Notes under the pieces: model-generated
Seen by the model: the letters and a program-made list of their open reading frames with translations, nothing else
Database searches by the model: none
What the model was told of the DNA's origin: nothing
DNA from: the human T2T-CHM13v2.0 reference genome, Homo sapiens
Direction: 5' to 3' (one strand)
Length of the DNA: 64,000 nucleotides
NCBI RefSeq assembly: GCF_009914755.1
Contig: NC_060942.1
Translations under genes and position numbers: made by a program
In this document: piece by piece, positions 16,001 through 32,330 of the stretch
Numbering within the stretch: the stretch's first letter is position 1
Layout of the letters: each line of letters opens with the position of its first letter

Positions 16001-18963
16001 AGAAGCTACTTTTTAAACAAGTGAAAGCCATAAAATGACCAGATTATACTTTATCTTTCTTCCCTGACCACTCCCTTTCCCTAACCTCAATTGGGCAAAC
16101 TTACCTCATCTCTGTACTCTTCATGCTGTGTTGTAATTATTCACTTACTTGTTTAGGTTGTACCCACCTGCCCTTCCTCCTCCACCCTCCACCCCCGGAT
16201 TATAACTAATCATAAAGGCATCATTAGTTACACAAATGCTCAAGCAAAAAATATATTTAAAAAGAGCCATCCTTGATTTCATCTCTTTCCCTCTCTAGCT
16301 AAAGTCAAAGGTGATTCCAATGTATTGCCTCCAGGCACTGAGAGGGTGGGAGTACATGAACAGAATCCTAGAAATCAGAGCGGAAACCCAGCTGGTGTCC
16401 AGAATGATGAGGGGCTTAGGCAGCAGTTGCCAGTGCTGTGCAGAGCTAGACCTAGAGATTCAGCAAGGAGAGAGTCAGAGGGAATGAAGGAAGGAGGGTG
16501 GAAGAGATGACCTGGCAACCCACCTTAAACACAGAGGCAGAGGAAGCAGGGACCAGGAAGGATGCAGAGAAGGAATGCCAGAAATGCTGGAGAATGAATT
16601 TAAGAAGAAAGAAGTGATCAGCAGAGCCAGAAGATGCAGAGTTTATGGAGGATGAAAACAAATGAAAATATGCATGAACATATTGGTGACCCTGAAGACA
16701 ACAGAAATGTTAAACATTATGTATTTGATGTCTCATATGTTTGGAGCCTCGTGGACTGTGTGCCTAGGCTGAATGGCAAGGAGTTAATGAATAAGTGGAT
16801 GATGAGAGAATGGGGGCTGCAGGTGCAGAAAATGAAAACATTGCTGTGGTTCTAGCAGTGCCCCAGCTTCTAAGAAGACTACGTTTGTGAAGTCAGCCCT
16901 TGATGAGAAGTGATACTTCCATTCTCAATAGGCCTTAAGTCTAAGTTTCTCCAATTCTAGGAGCAGAAACACAATGCCAGATTCCCTTATACTATGTCAT
17001 TCCACATGTCATAGTATAAGGCCAAAAAGGCCATGTGTAGAAAAGGTAAAGGTTATAGTATTTGAAAAGAGGTAAGAGATTTCAGGTCAGCTCCCCCTTC
17101 CCTGCCTCACAGACACACAGGCACATAGCTTTTGATCATATGATGACTATTTGAAAATTCCTTTCTGTGGTACCTTGGGTGTTTGCTGTGCATCTGTGAA
17201 TGTATGGAAGAATGAACAAGTTATCACAAGTTCGAATAAATGGTTCTGTTACTGAGCCATGTACAAAGGATTATAGATGAAAGCCTAACTGTCAGTCTTA
17301 CAGAGCTTTTTACTATTGTGGAATAAAATATACATGCTGGTACATAAAAACTTGCACTCTTAAAAATGATTGAGAGGTCTTTGGTCACCCAGCATATAGC
17401 ATAGTGCCAGGGACAATTAGGGAGACCAGAAGGAAAGAAAAATCAAGAAAGAGACTAAGTTAGCATTCGTAAAACAACCAGAGAATAAATGCAGACCAAG
17501 TTTAATCCATGCTAACTCATTGGCCAACAATGGGAGCTGCGGGGACCCAGGATCAGGAAGGATAACAGTGTTCAGTGAAAGACAAAGTCTTGCGGCAGAA
17601 GCTTGGAGAGTAGGTTCACAGTGAGTGCTCCAGCAGCATGAGTGAAGATATTTGAGGGGTACAGGAAGGCACTTGGCTAGATGGAAGTTAGCAGTTGAGT
17701 GGGGATGGATTTTTAAGAGGCACAGCTACCGTGAAGAGGGGATTGAACTGCCTCCCAGAGGAAGGGAAGATACAATTGATGCTCAGGGGTGCTGAGTGTG
17801 AGATGTTTTGAGCTTGGTGCTAGGTGCTGAGTGGAATGATGAAGTACCAAGAAACATGCCTGTCCTCAATGACCTTATACAGCCATCAGGAGACAAGAGA
17901 TGGATATAGACATGTACACAAAGCAATCAGCGAGAATAATGGGAGTTATGCACTTAATGACTAGAAATCAAAACCCATTCTACAAAAAAAGAAACCCCAA
18001 AACTAACTATCAGTGAAATAAGCTGCATGTTGTAAATGCAAGTTGATACTGGTATCTGTCCTGTTACAGAGAGATTCAGAACAAGCTGGATAAGAAGAAG
18101 GAGGCATTAAGTGAGGTCAACAGAGTAGAGCAGGCAAGTCCCAAGAGCTGCCTCTGCTGTGGTTTCCATGATCTTCAGTGCGGGGGCTGGGGAGAAAGTT
18201 GGGCAGTGAGTCAATAAGAAGATGGGGCTCACCTTGTTGATGGAGGATCTGAGGACCCAGAGATAAAAAGCTTTCCCTGAGGCTACATCACAGTCATCCC
18301 ATACATCTGAACAGGGTGTTATGCTTTTCAAAGCGTACTTCCTTACTTTCATTTGATCTTCAAAATCCAGTGGGGTCTGCAGATAGGTGTTGCTTTTCCA
18401 CTCGACAGCCAAGGAAATCAAAACCCAACGTGACCAAGCCATTTTTTGTTCAGAAAAAGTGCTAGATCCCAAGTATCCTGGAATTTTCCTAGCATCCTCC
18501 CAACCCCCACTGCCATTTTTCCCACTATATTTCTTAAGTATTTGATCAGGCCAGTAGCATGACTTACCTTCCAAGTTATCCCTAAAGAACTCTTGCCAGT
18601 GGGTTAAATAGAGGAGCCCAGAATAAGGCACTAACTAATAGGCAATTTAGTCTTTGCTAAAAATAGGATATTTTACATACAAAGGGAGCTCTTTGGAACT
18701 GGGGTTAGCCAAGCCCAGGGTCTAATGTCAATTCTGTGCGCAAAGCCTTTAGCTCACCTGGGGAAAGAGAACTTGAATGGAGCGTGAATGTCCTGAAAAT
18801 CACAAGGAAGACACAAGTGGTGCACAAGAATATTCTTATTTGCTAAATTACAAAACACTAAAACTAACATTTAAATCTTTGTTTTTTTTAATTACAATTT
18901 AAGGGGCTTTACCCACCTACTAGTAAACATTCAAAAACTTGCATTTTAAAAATGCTACGTGCT

Positions 18964-19279
18964 GACTGGGCACAGTGGCTCACACCTGTAATCCCAGCAC
19001 TTTGGGAGACCAAAGCAGGCGAATTGCCTGGGCCCAGGAGTTCAAAACCAGCCTGGGCAACTTAGGGAGACCCCGTCTCTATAAAAATATACAAAAATTA
19101 GCCTGGTGTGGTGGTGCACACCTGTAGTCCCAGCTACTTGGGAGGCTGAGGTGGGACGACTGCTTGAGCCCAGGAGTTCAAGGCTGCAGGAAACCACGAT
19201 TGTGCCACTACATGACACTGAACTCCAGCCTGGGTAACAGAGCAAGACCCCATCTCAAAAAAAAAAAAAAAAAAAAAAA
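18964..19279 (+). mobile_element. AluJ, sense
   Basis: Dimer with gcccaggagttcaaggctgcag and poly(A) tail. Confidence 0.92.
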
Positions 19280-19603
19280 GGGTTATATATACTAAAAGTA
19301 AAACCGGAATGGAGCAGCAAGTCATTAAGAGATCCATGAGTTTGGGCTACACTTCAGAAGTTTGGGAAGTTGTTAGAGTGGATACCTCATCTCAGTTTGA
19401 ATGTCCACAAGGAACTGGGATGTAGGCTGGAGAAACTGTGGTTCAAAGCCTATCTGAAGCCTATCTGTCACGTCTTATATTGCAAGTAAGACCAATAGGC
19501 AAAAAAGGTTTCTCTTATATGCTTCTTTGTGCTGTTATATTTTTACTTTATTCTAATCACAGTTTTAAAATTATTGAGTGCCTAATATTTGTAAAACATA
19601 GTC

Positions 19604-19710
19604 CTGGGCAAAGTGGCTCACACCTGTAATCCCAGCACTTTGGGAGACCAAACTGGCCCCAGGAGTTCAAAACCAGCCTGGGCAACAGGAGTTTGAAACC
19701 AGCCTGGGCA
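19604..19710 (+). mobile_element. Rearranged Alu left-arm fragment
   Basis: Alu 5' sequence with an internal deletion and a duplicated ggagtt.aaaccagcctgggca; no tail. Confidence 0.85.
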
Positions 19711-20584
19711 GCTCTAAATATGTAAGGGACACCTTGTCATCCTTTAGTACATGTGTCATAGTCCTACAAGTCTGTGTCAGTATATCCACCACTAAATAAT
19801 TCACCTTTTTAGTGCTAAATACTGTTTTTCTATTTGAGGTCCCAATGGCAAGGACAATAAAAATGGATTCCCCATCTATAAACCTATAACATGGAATTAT
19901 TTGAAAACGTTTTTATTATCTTAAAAAAAAAAAACCCTGTTAATAAAGAAAATTTGAAAAATTCAGAAAAAAACTAAAGTCACCTACAATCCCACTGCCC
20001 AGAAATAGCCACCATGATAATGTAAATGCACAGGTCCCCAGCTGATGGTAAGCACTCACCTGGCTTCCTGTTCCAATCTGCCGTTTCTCCAGCCTAACTT
20101 AGGAAAACCAACTCATGCTCCCCCCAGGCCACACCCTGTCCTTTGCCTCCTCTTTTCTCCACTACCACTATGGTTGCCAGGTCTTTTCAGTTTTCTCTTA
20201 AGAGTTTTCCCAGATTTGCTCGTGATAACCTTTCCTTCTGCATGTTGTGTCATTATCCAAACGGGGATACATTTTAAAAATAAATGCAGGAGGAATTGGG
20301 CGTGAAAATCATACAGATTTCTAGATTGTGCTATTTAACTAAAATCTCCACCAGATTTCAAGTCTCAGGACATTAACTGAGAAGGAGACAAATTAGGGCT
20401 GAAGACAATTGCCAAATATCTTTCTTGAATATCACTGAATGTTGAATGTTTCTTCTCAGATCAGAATTGGACAAGGGGGAAGGCAATAAATTTTTCAAAG
20501 TTTGAAATTCCAACTTCACCTCAGCAATGTAAAATGTAATCAGCCAGTTTCTTTTACAATTACCACTCTCACTTCGCACACATA

Positions 20585-20611
20585 CAACAGACAGAGACAG
20601 ACACATGCACA

Positions 20612-20657
<46 letters not shown>
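20585..20657. repeat. (CA)n microsatellite
   Basis: About 21 pure CA units preceded by degenerate CA/GA. Confidence 0.97.
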
Positions 20658-20659
<2 letters not shown>

Positions 20660-22084
20660 TCACTCAGAACAAATCAAGTTATGGATACTCTCATTGGTCA
20701 GTGTTGCCATCACTCATACCAAGAGCATTTAGAGAGAAGGCACTTGCTATTAATTTTAGGCTTATCACCAGAGAATTCCTTATGCTTGCTTATTATATAA
20801 ATATCCTAGTATATCTATGGAAATTCCTAAGATAAAATCATAAAGCCAATAGTTTCCATTTCAAAAAGCATCTCCCCTGTTTGTTTTTTCTTCCATTGCT
20901 CCTCAACCAGTAAGTCCACATCTATATATCCTCCAAGTTAAACTTTTGCACAAAGGATCAGGCAAAGGAGAAAACAAAATTTTCCAGGAGATTTCTTAAA
21001 TCTCCATGGACAATGCAAGCATCACAGAGAGTTTGCTCACATCGCTGAAATAGCTTTTTTCTTTCAGTCTTCCTCCATTATTTTTGAATTTCAACTGTGA
21101 TAGAGGTAAGTGTACTGCAGTATCTGTCTTATAGAGGAGAATTCTGTTTCTGAATGTCTTCCCTGGTGATGAGATCTCTAACAGTGGCTCCCTGGAGTCC
21201 CCAGCTTGGAATGTCAGCTCCACCTACAGTGTCCCTGGGACCCCAGAAACACTTCATTCACATGAGCTTACCTTCCGCCATGCCAGGGTTGCAACTTCTT
21301 GGTCCAGAGCAGTGACTCTGTGCTTCATTTTTCATTTCAGTGATCCTTTGGGCAATAATCAAACAAAGCTCGATTGCATCTGTCTCTCCTTACAGCTCTA
21401 ACTAAATAAATACATTAATTATTGGAACAGAAAAAGAAGAATGTAATATTTTTTCATGGAACGCCTATGAAGGCAGCCATAAGTAAATGAATAATTGATG
21501 TCAGATGCAGAAATAGCAATTCCTATTGCATTAAGTCTAAAACTATCTGGCTTAAAAGACCCTCCATTATCCACTCTTGCTGGTCTCACCTTGTTTCCTG
21601 ATCATCTTCAAGTATTTCCTCACTATGAGTCCTGCTAAATCTCCTCCTTATCCTATAGAAAATGTCATAATGAGCCCCTTACCTGAGTGTGCAATCACCA
21701 CACGGCTTCTTCATGTAAAACTTCCTCTCCTTTTCCATCTGGCTTGCAAATCTCACCTACTAATTTTCTTACCCATTCTGGCATCCCCTGCTTCTCTGAT
21801 GTAACTAATATTTTCACTTTCATTTCAGTGCTTATTTTTATATGGCCTTATATTGTTTACCTTTATATTAGGTAGGGATGTCTTATTCACCCAAATCAAA
21901 TTTGAGTTGTAGGAGAATCGCAGTCATGTCATACCCTTTTCATAGCTTATACGATCCTTAGGATGGTGCTGAGCACAGATATTACTGACCAACTGACTGT
22001 TGATCCTTGCAGACCACCATCATTTCCTGACTTATGCTTTAAGAAGCACTAACTTAAGAATAAATTGAACAATTTCTAACGCAG

Positions 22085-22325
22085 CTTAGTAGAGCAAAGA
22101 AAGCCCAGGAGTTAAAGACTCAGATCTAGATTTGGATGCTAAATATCCCACTTGCTCGTAGTGCAACCTTGGGCAACTTAGGCTCTTAGATGTCCCTTTC
22201 CTAGCCCGAAAAATGAAGCTGTTAATACCCACCACACAGAGTTTTATGAGAGCCAAAGAAGGGTAAAATATACACAGGAGCATCCAGCACACCACTTACC
22301 ATATAGTTGTCAATAATGTTCATTT
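22085..22325 (+). mobile_element. MIR
   Basis: ccacttgctcgtagtgcaaccttgggcaac...aaaatgaag...taataccc...gttttatgag MIR layout. Confidence 0.65.
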
Positions 22326-22779
22326 CCTTTCACTTCCACTTTAGATAATATATTCAAACAGAAAATACAAAACAACAGATTGGTATAGAAGTCTTCTTTA
22401 AACAGCAGGCTTTCCTGCCCAATTACACTCTTACTGGGATGAAGTTAAATCCAACTCTGAATCACACAGGGAAAGGCAGAAATTAGCTGGACCACAGTTG
22501 TAGTTCATGATGAAGATAAGGTGTCAGGATTATACCGTTATGGTGGATAAGTAACAAAATACACATTTCACCCAAAGATAACGGAAAGCTCACTGAGTAG
22601 GCATTATCCGTAGAACTTGGGAATTCTCTGGAAAGGGCAGTCATCACCATCCCTTGGCATCGGGACTGTCACGGCAAGAATGTGTATGACTATTCAGTAG
22701 CACTTGTTTTGTAGACCAATGTATCTGCTAACCCCAGCCATAAAAATGCAGTGATAAGAAAAATAATGAAATGTGGATT

Positions 22780-23100
22780 GGTACTCTATCATTGTTGTAA
22801 CAAACCACAGATTTAGCAGTTTAAAACAATGCAAACGTGTTATTTCACCACTTCTTATGTCAGAAGTCAAGTGGGCACAGGTGAGTACTCTGTTTAAGGT
22901 CTTACGGAGCTGAAATCAGGTGTGGTCAGGGTTGTGTTCCTCACTAGGGGCCCTGGAGAAGGATCCACCTCAGAGGTCAATCTAATTGTTGATCCACTCA
23001 GTTCCCTGTGGTTTTAGGTCTGAGGCCTTTTGCTGGCCTTTGCTTCTAGGGGCTGCCCACATTACTTCTAATTTTTTCCATGTGGCCCGTCCAGCAACAG
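22780..23100 (-). mobile_element. MaLR LTR (MLT1 family) fragment
   Basis: ttgtaacaaaccaca...ttagcagtttaaaacaa...tgaaatcaggtgtggtcaggg MLT1 motifs. Confidence 0.65.
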
Positions 23101-25902
23101 AGTCAAATCACTATGAGTCTTAGACATTCCTCCCCCACCACACCACAGCCCCTGGGAACTTCTTGCTCTTCTCTGAATGCAAGTACCACATTCTCCCACA
23201 CCTTCTGGCTTTGCACATGCCATTTCTCTCTCTCAGAACACCTTGCAGAGAGGAAGATCCTAGCATTTTGCCTCATGACTAAGTACCTGTGTTCTTTGTA
23301 TATTTCTCCTTGTGATCTGGTAGATGGAGGTCTACCTTGTGGATAAGTTTGAAAATGCAGTGGAAAAAAAACATTAATTCTAGAACTGCAAATTGCTCAG
23401 CAGGATGGTAAAGAAGGACAGTTCATTTTTAGACTAGCATATGGAATGCTCCATGAAGGAGATGGTACCATACCTGGTCCTAAAGAATTGGTTGGATTTA
23501 GGTACACTGGGAATAAAGAGGAACCATTGAGGGAAAATATGAATATATATGTATAGTGTTCTTTGAGAAAATATTGCACTTATTCATTCATCATACACAC
23601 ACACACACAATTCCTGGGAATACAAGAATGAACAAGAAAGATAAAAGATAGGGCTCCTGTACTCATGGATTTTATAGTCTATTAGTAGATGTACAAGAAG
23701 AAGAAAAAGCAAATATAATAATTAAATGGTTCAATGTGATAAGTTTTGGGAAAGGGAAGCTGGATAGTGGGCATGATCTGCTGTACTTCAGTGGTAAATT
23801 CATCTATGTGGACGACCTGGGGGGAAGCCAGCTAAGTAAAGCATGGCCTTATCAGACAGCCTGGACTGCCAAGTAGTAGGCCTTGAGAGGGCGCTGCCAG
23901 CAAGAGGAGACCACTAGGAGCAAAGGAATGGCATAGTGATCACTGTGTCTTATGCTGATTAGTATGGCCATACTGTTACTTACCTTGATGGTTTAAGTAG
24001 TTCCAGACCATCTTTCAATTTTGTTGTATGTCTCAATGGCTTCATAAATTCTTTCTTCCCAAGTAGGCAACAGTGAGTTTTTCTCAAATCCCTGCCTGAA
24101 TGATTGAGTTGCAATGACTTGCTCCTTGAGAGTGCACTAGCAAGACACACCAGCAACCAAAACCTGTTTGTCATCCAGGAATAGCCTGCATGCTAGGAGG
24201 AGGTGGTTTGGAACATGTGTAAAATCAAAACATTTCTCACTGTTAATTTCTTTTCACAGTTCAGAATCTCTGTTCTATTCCATGTGAAAAGTAAAATAAC
24301 TCCTTTGCTCGGATTTCTTGCTGACATTTCTTTTTGGTGGGAGTCAGGGGTGGGAGTTCACTCTGAATGCTTACTATACCTCCTGCTACAGCTCTGTGGC
24401 ATTTTCATAAAATACCAACCACCAAAATTCTAGTAATCACAAAAACATGTGCTTTCTCCTCATATCCACTGAAATTCTTTCTCTCATTAAAAAATAGAAG
24501 TCTCAGAAATGTAATTAGAAAGCTAAACTCGATATCTTTACATTCCTTTGGTTTCAAGGCGGGGGAAGAAAGCTGCAGTTTTTCTAATTTCCCTTCAGTT
24601 CAATGCTACTCTTGAATGGGGAAAATGATACAAAACGTCTGAAGAATTGAGAGTCTGACAAGAGGGGAGGATTTGTATTTCCTTGTTATTAAAAAAGAAG
24701 AAAAAGCCCTCAGTTATGTCTAATCTTTAGGAACGCAGTGCCCTGTCCAACCCACGAACTGTTGGCAGCATCATAACTCTACACAGAATGTTCTTTTAAG
24801 CTTTTCCCTCCTTCCCAAGCCTTTCCTGTGAAGTTATAAATCTCAGCATTTAGAGACATTCTTATGCAAATAAAGGAGGGACTTTAGGTTGGGACCTTTC
24901 ATGTTGATTCTGCTGAGGGCATGCTAGAGAAACAGCCCCAAGAAAAGCAGGCGCACTTCCATGGCTAGGTTCTAGGTTTGACTTTATTTGTGAAACCCCA
25001 TCTGTCCCTCCTACACCAAGTACCAACTCCAGGAAGCTGTGATTTAATAGCTCTGTGCCTAGAGGAAGTTTTACCCAACCCCTCACAACATCCTCCTGAT
25101 TGTTTGGAAAGTGAAATGATTCTGAAGATCAAACTCTACCGCTTCTTGCACTGCCTCCTCTTCTGTGTATAGCTGACCTCCTCATTCCACCTACACAACA
25201 CTCCCCTTAAACTTTGTTGCAGCAGGCAGAGCAGTGTGGCCTTAGGTGTAGGTGCACCTGGAAAAACCCCAAATAATGTCCACTTGAGGTCACATAGGCA
25301 AGCAGATGTCCTGAACCTATTGCTGCCCTTGAGTCAAAGAATCCTAATTCTCCTTATCTGGTTATTTTGGCTGCTCCGTGATAGTGACATATTTTTCAAA
25401 ATACATTCATGTGCATTTTCTCCTTTGACCATCATAGCCCCATGAGCTGAGCACTCATATAACGTCCTCAGGGAGCATTCCCAGTGGCTTTGCTCAGGGA
25501 CTCAAGCCAAAAAGGTGATGATGGGCTCTGACTTAGTACAGTGAGTTATCACCGAAAGGAAATGGGAAAAGAAAGAGACTGACCAAAGAGATCCAGCCAG
25601 GCAGCCTTGTGCAAGTGATTTAAACAACCTCTGCCTGTGTTTGCAAATCCAAAATAGAGATAATAGTAGTTAGTAACTCACGGGGTGTGTCTGCTTATAA
25701 AGTTGTAGCATATGTACCTATATGTAGCAGAATGCCTGACTCATAGAAAATATACCATAAATGTTAGTGGTTATTAATGATTATTATTAATGTATTGAAC
25801 ACCTATAGTATACCAACCTTTATTTCATATTTTGTTTACAACGATTCTAGTTGGTTTTCAATAGAATACATCACTGTTGGTATAATTACAAATGCACAGG
25901 CC

Positions 25903-26194
<292 letters not shown>

Positions 26195-26201
26195 GGGCTT
26201 G

Positions 26202-28735
<2,534 letters not shown>

Positions 28736-29830
28736 AACAAATGTGTATTAAGCAGCTACTTATTTTGTGTCAAGGAATCTAATACATGGAGACCCAAAGG
28801 ATGCAGTTGCTGCCCTCTGGAGGCTGCCATTCCAAGTGAGAGAGATGCTCTTAGAAACAGAGAAGGGCACTGTGATGTCTTTGATGCTGAGACAGTGTGG
28901 GGCCATTGGGGGCAAATGGATAGAGTCATCAATGCTTCCTGGACGGCTAGAAAAGGCAGCATTTCATTAAGTTTTGAGGGCCCGATGGCTAGACATAGAA
29001 AAAGAGCTGATAAAGGCAGAGCAGCAGTGAGAAGAAAGACAGGAACCCTGAGGCAAACAGCTCTGAAAGAGGCAAGAAAATGCTGGTAGGGCTGCCTCAT
29101 GGGGCATGATGTGCAGGGATAGCCGCGGTAAGTGGAGAGGCAGACAGAGGAGGGGCAGACACGCCACACAGAGGAGTTGGTACTGTTAAGACTGCATTTT
29201 CGGATACCACACAAAGGTTTTAAGCTGGCAGAGGGGGGAGTAGGGGTTAATATTCTCTGAGTCGTGCCTTAGGACAGGGCTTGTCAGACTGTAGTCCAGA
29301 ACCATTTTGTTATTGTTCTTCTTCTTCCATTCCCTAATTCATTGCTGGTCAATACCTATGTAAAATTTAATTAAAAGGAAAATTTTTAAAAATGAAGTAA
29401 AAATAAAGTGCAGTGGCTTACAAAATACAATTCAAATTTGCTTATGATTAGATTGTATGAATATAAAATTATTTGATCACATTGTTATGAAAGTTTCCAA
29501 ATGTTTCCACTCAATTTCCATAATTATCATAGGCCAATAACAGCCTGTGTATGGGCCCTGGTCATGGGCCACATTTAAGTGGCATTGCTTTAGAACCATG
29601 GCTCTACCAGAAGAATAAAGAATATATCTCAGAGGGAAGAGGGAAGCAGGAAGACCACCTGGGAAGCAACTACAATAATCCAGGCGAGAGATTCCGAAGC
29701 TCAAAACCAAGGTAGCTAAGTAAGTTTGGCAAGGAGGGGAGGGAGATGAGAGTAGCTGAGGATAGAGACTGCAGGACTGCAGAAAGGCAAAGAGGAGGGA
29801 GTTGGAGGGAGGAGTCTAGGATTATTCACC
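28736..29830 (-). mobile_element. Degenerate L2
   Basis: aacaaatgtgtattaagcagctac...gctgccctctggaggc and a purine-rich L2-like body. Confidence 0.5.
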
Positions 29831-31415
29831 CTCACCTGCTATGGTGTTTTCACTGCATAAAAGGATTTGAGGTTCTAAACTAAAAGCCAGAGAGGCTCCC
29901 TGCTTCAGATCCAGTAGACCTCCCCAAATGACTGATGTGGACTCATGTGCACAGGTGGGTAACTAGATTTACCAAAGCCTGGTAACACAAAACCCAAACA
30001 AACCGCAAATATATATTTGTATATATTTAAAAGAGGAGAAAGGCAGTACGTCTTTTTAAAACAAAATAAGAACATCCCAAACTCTCATGATATTAAGAGC
30101 AAGACGAGTCAAAAGCAGACCAGTTTTACCTAGAAAACACAGTCACTGTATGAATTTCACTTTCCATTTATGTATAAAATATGCTACATTGAGAAAAGGG
30201 AAAGCAACAAAACAAAGACACCTAAGTAAAAATAGGATACATTTTTACTAAATTGGCCTGTGAGTGATCCTTTTTAAACACTAGGTTATTGTTCTTTTGC
30301 CCTTTGTGAACATGTAGACCTCACAAAGGCACTTTTTGAAATCTGATTTGACCAACACCTCTTTATTAACTTCTATACACGTGGCCCTCTTATCAATGCC
30401 ACACAAGGTGTGTAAAGATCAGTAAGGGGTACAAAGATATGATTAGAAATTTTCGGATCCAAGAAGAGAGGCCCTCTTCCGTTTTAATGTTCGCACTTCT
30501 CTGGCCTTAAGAGTCTTTCTGCACTGAGAAAGAAATTTATGATTAAGAACCTGTGAATAGGGTATAATAAACCCTGTCTGCATCTGCAGTTCTACTAGAC
30601 GCAGGGCACTGTTAACAGTCTTACTTGTGGGGAACATTCATTGACCATTGACCATTCACTACTTACATAGAGATGGAATTTAGGCTTCAATTCTACAGTC
30701 TTGTCAATTAATTGCCCTACACTAAAAGAAATTCACTTTTAATGCCAGTTATAGTTTTTCTCACGTTAGCAATTCCATCATTTAATAAGTGTAGTAAGCA
30801 TTGAATTACTGAGGTTCGATACTCAGTGAACTCAATGTAAGTGAACTCAGTGAACAAAGTGAAGATACTGTACCTGGGACAGCTTGATATCCTAAAACTA
30901 ATTCAGCATTATCCAGCACCCCAAGAAGCATTGTTAGGTGTTCTGTGAAAAAAAAGAGTTTGATTATCAGAATATTAAATACTCGAATAAGCAAAAATAT
31001 ATGATTACTACATAACATCGCATAGCTTTCAACATAATGAGGAGTGATATGGATCTATCTATAAAGGAAAAGTCATCTTTTCCCAATTTATCTGACTGCA
31101 CAACTCTTGTTTCTCCAAATCCACCCATTAAGCTATCAAAGAATACTAACATTCTGCAGAAGATGGTTTGGGAAATACTAAGCTAATTTAATCCCCTAAA
31201 ATTAAAAATGCCAAAATCAAAGCTCAGAGGGTTAAGTGTCCTTGCTGACATGAAGCAGTAGTGGCCAAGCCTGGACCAGAATACAGGTCTGCAAGCCTGG
31301 GGCTCTTTCTACTTTCTGTCTACCTTAAGGAATTATTTCTCAAAATACCTACTGCCACCTTCAGCAGACTGTGCATGTATATTCAGTGTTTAGTAAGTCG
31401 AGCTTTTGGGGAGGG

Positions 31416-31417
<2 letters not shown>

Positions 31418-31464
<47 letters not shown>
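31418..31464. repeat. (CA)n microsatellite
   Basis: About 23 CA units. Confidence 0.97.
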
Positions 31465-31467
<3 letters not shown>

Positions 31468-31974
31468 TCATACTCCTATGCACATAGACACCAGAGCTTC
31501 TCAACAGTATTAAGTCCCCTTTTGCACAAGGCCCAGGAAATGTGCTGGAGCAGGAAGCAGGCGGCAGGTGCTGAGGAACAGCAGAGGAGAGCCGCCGTGG
31601 GTTTTGGAGGCTCCTTGTTTACAGTCCGTATTAACCCTGGGCTGTTGCAAAGGCCAAAGCTTGGCTCGCATTTGAGATATGAAGCTCTGACATTCAAGAA
31701 GCTCCAAAGCAAATGAACCTGAGTGAGTAAATAAATAAACCACAAAGAAAAAGCCAGTATTAAAAAAGATTTGCATGGTCTGGTGTAAACTCAGGAAAGG
31801 CAGGCTGCTGGGAAGTAAACTGGCCCTCATCCGCCCTGCTGTGCCTAGTCTGGGCACCAGAACTCAGAAGCACATGACTGAGCCATCCCGTGTTTGGGGC
31901 CTTAGAATGGTGACCCAGGTACATGTCCTCAGGGCAAAGATACTGCTCAGGGCAAGGAGGGAAATAAATGATCA

Positions 31975-32330
31975 TGGTTATAGTTAGTAGCTATTAGAGT
32001 CACAGGCTTCCAAATTCCCAGACTTGGATCCCAGCTCTGTCACTCACTAGCTGGATGATATGGGTGAGTTATTTACTTCTCTGTGCCCCAGCCCTTTTGT
32101 CTGTAATATGTGATTAATTATACAGAGAGGCATAGATGTGTTCTGAGAATTAAAGGAGTGACTTCATAGAAGATGCTGAGAACATAGCCTGGCATATAGG
32201 AAGTGCTCAAAAAGTATTCATGTATTTATATTTTATTATTGTTGGTAAGTCATAGAGTCATAATTTAAGAACTATACGCTTCAGTTTCTGTATCTCTAAA
32301 ATGGGGGAAAATTGTGTCTATTCTGGGACT
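31975..32330 (+). mobile_element. MIR fragments
   Basis: cccagctctgtcactcactagctg...gtgagttattt...ctctgtgcc; tcagtttctgtatctctaaaatgggg. Confidence 0.7.

Noticed and set aside
18107-18631. 174-aa minus-strand ORF
   Set aside because: Non-ATG start in the sequence, no recognisable domain, no exon structure; consistent with chance
30590-31170. Possible hAT/Charlie relic with agtgaactc reiterations
   Set aside because: No clear TIRs or TSD could be identified by eye
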